A DNA stretch of 64,000 nt from Candidatus Marinacidobacterales bacterium. Its GTDB lineage: Bacteria; Acidobacteriota; Vicinamibacteria; Marinacidobacterales; SMYC01. Position 1 is the first letter of the stretch. Each line of letters opens with the position of its first letter. A model generated the notes under the pieces. That model was not told the DNA's origin. It saw nothing but the letters and a program-made list of their open reading frames with translations, and did not search any database. The stretch covers positions 1,248,001-1,312,000 of the forward strand of contig CBDCYI010000005.1 in NCBI GenBank assembly GCA_965224085.1. The letters run 5' to 3'. Below are positions 57,032-64,000 of the stretch, in pieces. Both the position numbers and the translations under genes were made by a program.

Positions 57032-59223
57032 GCCATTGTGCTCCTGTCAGGGTCTTTGTTCGATTCTTTGTTCGAGCTTGGCCGCGCTACGCCGAGGACG
57101 CCGTCCACCTCCCGGATGGATTTGGTAATGCGCTCGAGCTCCTTGACGTTCGAGATCGAGACCGTGACGTCGATAGCACCTTTTTGATCTTCGAACGTCT
57201 TGGCCTCGACGGTACGGATATCGGTATTCGTGTCTGCGATGATCGATGTGATGTCGGCGAGTATGCCCTTGCGGTCTTCCACGTTGACCGAAAGCGTGAT
57301 GTCGTATTTCGTGCCTTTCTCGGCTTCCCAGGACACATCGATGCGGCGCTCCGGGTCCACCATCAAGTTGAGCAGGTTCGGACAATTGACCGAGTGGACC
57401 GAAACGCCTTTGCCGCGGGTGATGTAGCCGGTGATGCTCTCGCCCGGTACCGGGTTACAGCAATTGGCGCGGTAGACCATGAGGTCGTCCATCCCGTTGA
57501 CTTTGATCTTGTCCTCTCCACCGCGCAGCACGCGCCGCACAGCACGGGCGAGGCTCGCACCGGCACCTGCTTTCTCGTCGAGCTGATCGGCGGGGATGAG
57601 GCGCGCGAGCACGTTGCGCGGGGACAGCTTGCCGTAGCCCACGGCCGCGTAGAGATCGTCGGTCTTGCTGAAGCCGTAATCCTTCAGCGCGTCCGCGAAC
57701 TGTTTCGACGCGGTCGCTTGCTTGAGATTGACCGAGCCTCGGCCGGCCTCTTTTTCGAGAAGCTTCCGGCCGATCTCAATGCTTCGGTTCTTCTCCGTCG
57801 CGTTTAAATACGTCCGGATCTTGTTCCTCGCGCGTGATGTGGCGACGAAGCTCAGCCAATCGCGGCTCGGCTTGTGTCCTCGCGCCGTGAGGACTTCGAC
57901 GATATCGCCGTTTTTGAGCTGGTAGCGGAGCGGCACCATCAGGCCGTTGACGCGCGAGCCGACGCATTGATTCCCCACGTCGGTATGGATGGAATAGGCG
58001 AAGTCGACGGGTGTGGCGCCGCGCGGAAAAGATTTTACGTCCCCCTTGGGCGTGAAGCAGAAGACGTCTTCTGGATAGAGGTCGACTTTGAGCTCGTTCA
58101 AGAACTCGTGCGGATCGTCGACTTCGAGCTGCCAGTCCAGTATCTGGCGAAGCCATGCGAAGTTCTTGACGTCGTCTTCTTCGAAGGGGCGGCCTTCTTT
58201 GTATTTCCAATGTGCCGCGATACCTTGTTCGGCGACTTTGTGCATTTCCGGTGTTCGAATCTGCACCTCGAAAGGCGCACCGGAATCCGTGATGACGCTC
58301 GTGTGAAGCGAGCGGTAGCCGTTCGGGCGAGGCATCGCGATGAAATCTTTGATCCGTCCCGGGACCGGGCGCCATGTGTTGTGAATGATTCCGAGTGTGC
58401 CGTAGCAGTCCTTTATGCTATCCGTAACGATCCGCAAAGCGATGAAGTCGTAGACCTGATCGAGCTCGATGCGTTGGCGCTTCATTTTCTGGTGGATGCT
58501 GTAAATGTTCTTGGTTCGCCCCTGGATCTCTGCCTCGATGCCGTTATCGCTCAGCGTTTTCTCGAGCTTGCCTTGGATTTCGGTGATGAAGTCCTGGGCC
58601 CATTTGCGCTTGGCGTCTACGCGGGCGACGAGGATGCCGTAAGCTTTCGACTCGAGGTTTTTGAGGCAGAGCTCCTCGAGCTCGGACTTGATTCTTCCTA
58701 TCCCGAGCCGGCTGGCAAGCGGAGCGTAAATTTCGAGCGTCTCGTTTGCGATGCGCACCCGGCGCTCCTCGGAGAGATGTTGCAACGTGCGCATGTTGTG
58801 CAAGCGGTCGGCGAGCTTGATGAGGATGATCCGGATGTCGTCCACCATCGCCATCAGCATCTTTCGGAAGTTCTCGGCTTGGTGCTCCTCGACCGAAGAG
58901 AAGTTCATCTTGCTGATTTTCGTCAGCCCGTCGATGATGTGCGCGACTTCCTTGCCGAAGTACTCCTCGACGGTCTCGCTCGTCGTGAGCGTGTCTTCGA
59001 CGACGTCGTGCAAAAGGCCGCAGACCACGCAGACGATGTCGAGCTGCATCTCCGCGAGGATGTTCGCCACCTCGAGCGGGTGGATGAGGTAGGGCTCTCC
59101 CGACTTGCGCAGCTGCCCTCGGTGCTCACGCGCGGAAAAGACATACGCGCGGCGAAGGAGGTCGATGTCTCCGTCGGGCTGGTACGCGCGGACCTTTTCC
59201 AGGATATTCTCGAAGCGGATCAT
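57028..59223 (-). CDS. Bifunctional (p)ppGpp synthetase/hydrolase (RelA/SpoT)
   Basis: RKSGEPYLIHP, LLHDVVED, KLADRLHN, NGYRSLHT, EVQIRT, AAHWKYK, TGS and ACT domains. Confidence 0.98.
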   Translation of the reverse strand: MIRFENILEKVRAYQPDGDIDLLRRAYVFSAREHRGQLRKSGEPYLIHPLEVANILAEMQLDIVCVVCGLLHDVVEDTLTTSETVEEYFGKEVAHIIDGLTKISKMNFSSVEEHQAENFRKMLMAMVDDIRIILIKLADRLHNMRTLQHLSEERRVRIANETLEIYAPLASRLGIGRIKSELEELCLKNLESKAYGILVARVDAKRKWAQDFITEIQGKLEKTLSDNGIEAEIQGRTKNIYSIHQKMKRQRIELDQVYDFIALRIVTDSIKDCYGTLGIIHNTWRPVPGRIKDFIAMPRPNGYRSLHTSVITDSGAPFEVQIRTPEMHKVAEQGIAAHWKYKEGRPFEEDDVKNFAWLRQILDWQLEVDDPHEFLNELKVDLYPEDVFCFTPKGDVKSFPRGATPVDFAYSIHTDVGNQCVGSRVNGLMVPLRYQLKNGDIVEVLTARGHKPSRDWLSFVATSRARNKIRTYLNATEKNRSIEIGRKLLEKEAGRGSVNLKQATASKQFADALKDYGFSKTDDLYAAVGYGKLSPRNVLARLIPADQLDEKAGAGASLARAVRRVLRGGEDKIKVNGMDDLMVYRANCCNPVPGESITGYITRGKGVSVHSVNCPNLLNLMVDPERRIDVSWEAEKGTKYDITLSVNVEDRKGILADITSIIADTNTDIRTVEAKTFEDQKGAIDVTVSISNVKELERITKSIREVDGVLGVARPSSNKESNKDPDRSTMA

Positions 59224-59429
59224 CGGCGTTCGGGAAAAGGGGTCAATAATCTAATAATGGCCAAAAACTCGATCCGTGTCCATGATAGGCTTGGCGGCAG
59301 CGGAGGATCAAGGGCGGAGCGTCAAGAGGCCGCCGATCTCGTATTGGAGATTCTTGACTTGAATTGAGAGCCCATAATATACTGCGTTCCCCAGTTTGAT
59401 AGTGCCATAGGAAGAGGGGGTTTTTCGAG

Positions 59430-60464
59430 ATGCGGAGCCGAATCGCATTCGTAATACTAATTTTGATCGCGCTGAATGGCTGCGGCGTGCAAGACAGTTG
59501 GAACATGCTCAAGTCGCGCCGCGCGTTCAAACAGGCGAATCTGGCCTATGCCGGCAGGGACTATGAGAAGGCCATCGACTTGTACAACGCCACGCTGGAG
59601 CTGGACAGGAATCCGGACCCCCGTGTGCTCGTCACGTCGGTCTTCTATCGGGGTAGTAGTCACCACCTGATCTACCGCCCCGGCCGTTTCGACGACCCTG
59701 AGAACGAGGACCACTTGGATGCCGGAATCGGGGATTACGAGGAAGCTATAGAGCTGGCTCGGGAGCACGGTGAGGAGTACGAGATGCTGCAGGTCTATCA
59801 GCAGTATTCAATGGAGCAGCTCGCGGCCATCTATCGTGACAATCTAGACGACTTCGAGAACGCGGTGCGTTACTTCAAGGGGCTCATCGAGATCGATATC
59901 GAAACCCCAGAGCGCTACTACGCGCTCGCGGATGTCTACGAGCGCTTTCACGACCCCGAGGCGATGCCTTTGCTCGAGCAAGCCATCGAGGCTTACAAGA
60001 CACCGGTCGAGATGAGCCCGGACGATCCCCTCGGCTATCGCCAGGTCGCCAATCTCCTCAACAAATATGGTCGTTTCGACGAGACGATGGACTGGCTCGC
60101 CAAGGCGCGCGACGTCCACGCGGCCGATCCGGAAGGGTACTACCTCATCGCCGTTCACTACTGGGACAAGGTGTATCGGGACCCGGATCTGATCACAAAT
60201 GACAAGGTCGACTTTATCGAGCGCGGGATCGCCCAGCTCGACCAGGCACTCGAGATCGATGGCGAGTACGTGGACGCCCTGATCTACAAGAACCTGCTCC
60301 TGCGCGAGAAAGCCAAAGTCATGCCGAGGGAGGCCGAAGCCCTGACCGCGGAAGCGAACGTGCTTCGCGACCGCGCTTTGGAGCTCCGCGTGGCGCAGGA
60401 AGAAATTGAACGGGCAGCTAAGGCGGCAGCAGCCGAAGCGGCCGCTCGCGAGCCGAGCAACTAA
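59430..60464 (+). CDS. TPR-repeat lipoprotein
   Basis: Lipobox LNGC; TPR helices; YKNLLLREKA. Confidence 0.8.
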   Translation: MRSRIAFVILILIALNGCGVQDSWNMLKSRRAFKQANLAYAGRDYEKAIDLYNATLELDRNPDPRVLVTSVFYRGSSHHLIYRPGRFDDPENEDHLDAGIGDYEEAIELAREHGEEYEMLQVYQQYSMEQLAAIYRDNLDDFENAVRYFKGLIEIDIETPERYYALADVYERFHDPEAMPLLEQAIEAYKTPVEMSPDDPLGYRQVANLLNKYGRFDETMDWLAKARDVHAADPEGYYLIAVHYWDKVYRDPDLITNDKVDFIERGIAQLDQALEIDGEYVDALIYKNLLLREKAKVMPREAEALTAEANVLRDRALELRVAQEEIERAAKAAAAEAAAREPSN

Positions 60465-60488
60465 AGCCGTTTGTAACCCTCTTCTTCT

Positions 60489-60533
60489 GGCGAGGCCGCG
60501 ATTCTTAGAGTCGCGGCCTCGCCTTGTTCGTTT
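60489..60533 (+). terminator. Intrinsic terminator-like hairpin
   Basis: GGCGAGGCCGCGA...TCGCGGCCTCGCC followed by TTGTTCGTTT. Confidence 0.6.
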
Positions 60534-60538
60534 GGGCC

Positions 60539-61231
60539 GTGGCGGATAAAGTCCTCATCCTCGTCGACGACGAGGAGCTTGCCAGAATGCTGGCCGAATA
60601 TCTAGGAGCCCGTGGCTTCGAGGTTTCGCTCGCGTCACATCCATCGTCAGGGCTCGAGGCGCTTCAGGACGGGGCTTTCGACATCCTCGTTCTGGACGTT
60701 ATGCTTCCCGAGACCGATGGCTTCGAGATCCTCGGGCGCCTCCGAGCCACGAATGACATCCTGATTCTGATGCTCACCGCCCGAGGCGACGAGACCGACC
60801 GGATTGTGGGTCTCGAGCTCGGTGCCGACGACTACCTGCCGAAGCCGTTCAATCCGAGAGAGCTGACGGCGCGCCTCCGTGCGCTGTTGAGGCGCCAGAG
60901 ACGCGCGGTAAAGGCGCCGGGTGTAATACTGCGCTTCGGAGCGCTTGAGATCGATCGCGACGGCCGCCGAGTACGGCTCGCCGGCGAGCCGCGCGAGCTA
61001 ACGAGATACCAATTCGACCTCCTCCTCGCACTGGCGGAGAACCCCGGCCGTGTCATGACCCGTGACGCCCTGCTGCACCGCGTGCGGGGATCGGGACTCG
61101 AGCCCTTCGATCGCAGTATCGATGTCCACATCTCGCGCATCCGGGCCGCGGTCGAGGAGGACCCCAAAAAGCCCAAACGGATCCTGACGATCCGCGGCAC
61201 CGGATACGTATTCACCCCGATCGAAAGCTGA
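60539..61231 (+). CDS. OmpR-family response regulator
   Basis: LDVMLP, LTARGD, GADDYLPKPF, DRSIDVHISRIR, TIRGTGY. Confidence 0.95.
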   Translation: MADKVLILVDDEELARMLAEYLGARGFEVSLASHPSSGLEALQDGAFDILVLDVMLPETDGFEILGRLRATNDILILMLTARGDETDRIVGLELGADDYLPKPFNPRELTARLRALLRRQRRAVKAPGVILRFGALEIDRDGRRVRLAGEPRELTRYQFDLLLALAENPGRVMTRDALLHRVRGSGLEPFDRSIDVHISRIRAAVEEDPKKPKRILTIRGTGYVFTPIES

Positions 61232-61238
61232 AACCAGT

Positions 61239-62504
61239 ATGCACCGGCTCTATTGGCAGGTCTATCTGAGCTTCGTGATGATTCTTCTGCTCTTTGGTGT
61301 ACTCATGTTGTTTGCGTTCTTTTCGGTGTCGTCGCGCGACGGTCGAGGTATCGACGCCCTTACGACGCTCGCCGAGGCTGCGCTCCCGGCGGCGGGTGCG
61401 TCTGACACCGAGCTCCGAGGAGCCCTCGAGCGGCTGCGGGAGACGTTCGACGTCAGCTTGGCTATTTGGGACGACGGCGAGCGGATCGCCGCCACGGGCG
61501 CGCTTCTACCGGCGCCGGGTCAGGGTTGGACGGTGAGCCGCGTGATCCCGTCACGCGGAAGAGGTTTTACCGTGGCGCTCTTTCTCTCTGACGGACGGTG
61601 GGTGGTGGCGCGGCATCATCGACAGATCCACGCGACGGGAGGTGCGCTTGCCGTCCTGCTGCTTCTCGGCATCGCGGTGGCCCTGGGGGCCTATCCGCTC
61701 GTCCGACGGCTCACAGGGCGGGTAGAACGCCTCCAGAGGCAAGTCGAGGCGCTGGGTGCCGGTGAGCTCGGAGCCCGGGTCGACGTCGAAGGCAACGACG
61801 AGGTGGCCGGGCTCGCTCGAAGCGTCAACCGTGCCGCGGAGCGCATCGAGCGCCTCGTGGAGGCACAGCGGACGCTCCTGACCGGAGTTTCACACGAGCT
61901 CCGCTCTCCGCTTGCGCGCATTCGCGTGGCGACCGAGCTTCTCGGTGAAGGCGAGGGAACACGGCTCGAGCTCCTGGAGCGCGTCTCGGCGGACATCTCT
62001 GTGCTCGATGAACTCATTGGCGAGCTCTTGCTCGCCGCGCGGCTGGACACGCTCGAGGCCGTAGAACGTACCGCGGAGGTCGACCTTTTGGCGCTCGCCG
62101 CCGAGGTCTCGGCCGAGTTCGACGCGGACGTAAGCGGCAAGATCGCCATCGTGCGCGGCGACGGCCGTCTTCTGAGACGCCTCATCTCGAACCTGCTCTC
62201 GAATGCTCGCCGCTACGGCGGTGGCGAAACGGTCGAGGTGGATGTCCGCCCCGGCACGCCAGGGAATGTGGTCTTCACCGTATCCGATCGCGGCCCCGGC
62301 ATCCCTGAGGCGGAGCGCGAGCAAATATTCGAGCCCTTCTACCGTGCGAAAGACACTGAGCGCGCTGTCGACGGCCTCGGCCTAGCCATCGTCCGCCGCA
62401 TCGCCCAACACCACGGCGGCGAAGCGCGCTGCCTCCCAAGACCGGGAGGCGGAACCCGCTTCGAGGTGATGCTCCCCGGTTCGTGCCCGCTAGATCAACA
62501 TTAA
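61239..62504 (+). CDS. HAMP-domain sensor histidine kinase
   Basis: Two TMs, HAMP, SHELRSPLAR, NLLSNA, DRGPG, GLGLAIV. Confidence 0.95.
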   Translation: MHRLYWQVYLSFVMILLLFGVLMLFAFFSVSSRDGRGIDALTTLAEAALPAAGASDTELRGALERLRETFDVSLAIWDDGERIAATGALLPAPGQGWTVSRVIPSRGRGFTVALFLSDGRWVVARHHRQIHATGGALAVLLLLGIAVALGAYPLVRRLTGRVERLQRQVEALGAGELGARVDVEGNDEVAGLARSVNRAAERIERLVEAQRTLLTGVSHELRSPLARIRVATELLGEGEGTRLELLERVSADISVLDELIGELLLAARLDTLEAVERTAEVDLLALAAEVSAEFDADVSGKIAIVRGDGRLLRRLISNLLSNARRYGGGETVEVDVRPGTPGNVVFTVSDRGPGIPEAEREQIFEPFYRAKDTERAVDGLGLAIVRRIAQHHGGEARCLPRPGGGTRFEVMLPGSCPLDQH

Positions 62505-62534
62505 GAAAAGCGCTACCCTTTTCTTATTATTGAT

Positions 62535-63035
62535 TTAGCGAGCACTCCACTCGACAGTAGCCACGTCGCCAAGAGTCAGAGAGATACCGGGCTCGAGGCG
62601 GGAGGCGCGTTCGCGGGCGTCGTGGTCGAACACACCGTTCGAGCTCGCGGTGTCGATCGCGTATAGGACGCCCGCGATCTCGATGATGAGAAGATGCACG
62701 CGCGAGATCGTCCGGTCCGCCAGAACTCTGCCGGCATCGCAACGGCGGGAGCGGCCGAGCAGAATCCCCGACTGCGCGGCGCGGTGCCCGAGGATGACCG
62801 TCGCGACACCACGCGACGAGGTAATGAGCAACTCGCCATACGGCGCTTCGTTCTGGCCGACGAGCTCGTGGACCGCCATCTCGGGACCGGCCACGTTGTG
62901 AACGAGGGTTGGAGAGGAGGAGAGCGAGGGCAGATCGTCGACCTCCCATGCTTTGTCGCTCTCGGCTTCCCAGTGATGTGATTTCTCGTCTGTCTCGACC
63001 TCGTCGAGGTAGAGGCGGGACGGAATCTGAGCCCA
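62535..63035 (-). pseudogene. FHA-domain protein remnant
   Basis: LLGRSRRCD...ISRVHLL...DTASSNG; no convincing in-frame start, upstream ATG at 63169 is in another frame. Confidence 0.55.
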
Positions 63036-63269
63036 GCCCGTAGGACGTCGTCGACGGAAACACCCAACAGAGTCTTTTCGTCCCTGGACGTGGACGGGGG
63101 ATCCGAATCGCTCTTGACCCAAAATATCCGGGACTCGTCGCTCGCTGGTCTCCGGGACTCGTTGCTCATTGGAACCTCGGCGCTATTATGCGCGACCCGA
63201 GCGCGGTCCTCAACAGTCGCAAGGTCGGTCGTCGACGAGGTGGCGTTATCTGGCCAGACGGCTACAGAC

Positions 63270-63311
63270 AAAAGAAAAGGCCGGGAGGCGCCGCCCCTCG
63301 ACGCTCCCGGT
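63270..63311 (-). terminator. Intrinsic terminator after exbD
   Basis: CCGGGAG...CTCCCGG hairpin followed by CTTTTCTTTT on the minus strand. Confidence 0.6.
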
Positions 63312-63332
63312 TAGAATGACGAACGAAAATCG

Positions 63333-63788
63333 CTAGGGCCTTCCGCCGCCGCCGCCCGCGAACGGATCAGGCGGGACGATCCCAACGCGCTCCACGCCAT
63401 TTCCTCGAGCCACGTCCAGGATCGCGACGATCTCGCCGTACTTCAGCGAAGGCGCAGCACGGAGGAAGATCGTCTTGTCCGAACGGGTCTCGAAGATGTC
63501 TCGAATGCGAAGCGGGAGCTCATCGAGCGTGACCGGTTGCTTGTTGATGGTCACATTGCCTGCCGTGTCGATATTGAGCACTAGCTGGTTTGGATCGGGC
63601 GGGGTGTCTTCCGCGAGGTTTTCCGCTGATTCGGGCAGCTCTACGTCATGGCCCGCTTGGGTCAGTGGCGTCACCACCATGAAGATGATGAGCAGTACCA
63701 ACATGACGTCGATAATCGGCGTCACATTGATATCCTTCATGGAACCGCCAGAAGCAGCACTTCCACTTCCACTTGTTGCCATTCCCAT
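63333..63788 (-). CDS. ExbD/TolR biopolymer transport protein
   Basis: INVTPIIDVMLVLLIIFMVVTP, IFLRAA...YGEIV. Confidence 0.93.
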   Translation of the reverse strand: MGMATSGSGSAASGGSMKDINVTPIIDVMLVLLIIFMVVTPLTQAGHDVELPESAENLAEDTPPDPNQLVLNIDTAGNVTINKQPVTLDELPLRIRDIFETRSDKTIFLRAAPSLKYGEIVAILDVARGNGVERVGIVPPDPFAGGGGGRP

Positions 63789-63813
63789 AAGATTGCTCCT
63801 TTAAAAAAGACGA

Positions 63814-64000
63814 CTAGCCGGTCGCTCTCTCCGTGATCAAGCCGATTTCGTCGGCTCCTGCGTCGCGGCAAAGCTCCATCACCCGCATGACATCGCGGTA
63901 TTCCAATCCCTCATCTGCCTTGAGAAAAAGAATTTTTTCCGTTTTGCCTGCGAAGACTTCCGAAAGCTGGGTGACGAGCAGCGCTTCGGCTACAGGCTGC
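63814..64000 (-). CDS. Second ExbD/TolR protein, 3' part (starts outside window)
   Basis: Manual translation ...EKILFLKADEGLEYRDVMRVMELCRDAGADEIGLIT*. Confidence 0.88.
   Translation of the reverse strand, partial: QPVAEALLVTQLSEVFAGKTEKILFLKADEGLEYRDVMRVMELCRDAGADEIGLITERATG

Noticed and set aside
57874-59367. Long antisense ORFs (also 2449-3351, 11131-12078, 27770-28951, 30207-31484, 48230-49246)
   Set aside because: Shadows of well-identified genes on the opposite strand, as expected in GC-rich DNA

Overview
GC-rich bacterial chromosomal window, probably from an Acidobacteriota (Vicinamibacteria-like) genome; this is inferred from the Cys-rich RpoB insertion and gene order. Positions 1-24 kb are core housekeeping: rpoB 5' end, rplL-rplJ-rplA-rplK-nusG-secE-tRNA-Trp-rpmG-tuf, four tRNAs, rlmB, ispF/ispD, plsC, PIN/TRAM, radA, dnaB, rplI-rpsR-rpsF, pth, rplY, prs, tRNA-Gln, spoVG, ispE, TPR, O-antigen ligase, hldE-like kinase and purH. 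Positions 24-41 kb hold selA, an orphan degenerate NuoM/NuoN-like pair, thiS-thiG, methyltransferases, a Rieske ferredoxin, nth, an LLM oxidoreductase, a beta-propeller gene split by an intact IS, and a rhomboid protease. Positions 41.4-53.2 kb are accessory: two inverted IS6 copies bracket a tRNA-Thr 3'-half remnant, hicAB and a proteobacterial-style his operon (TrpR-like regulator with palindromic operator, hisG, hisD, hisC-hisB fusion, hisH, hisA, hisF, hisIE), followed by stacked IS remnants. The right end has an HCF101-like Mrp protein, lipoproteins, ridA, relA/spoT, a two-component system and exbD/tolR genes. The best candidates for novelty are the IS6-bracketed his/HicAB module, a sharp synonymous codon switch in the rlmB 3' end, the rpmG stop codon overlapping tRNA-Trp, and the degenerate NuoM/N pair. 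All calls come from manual reading and family recall; no database searches were run.
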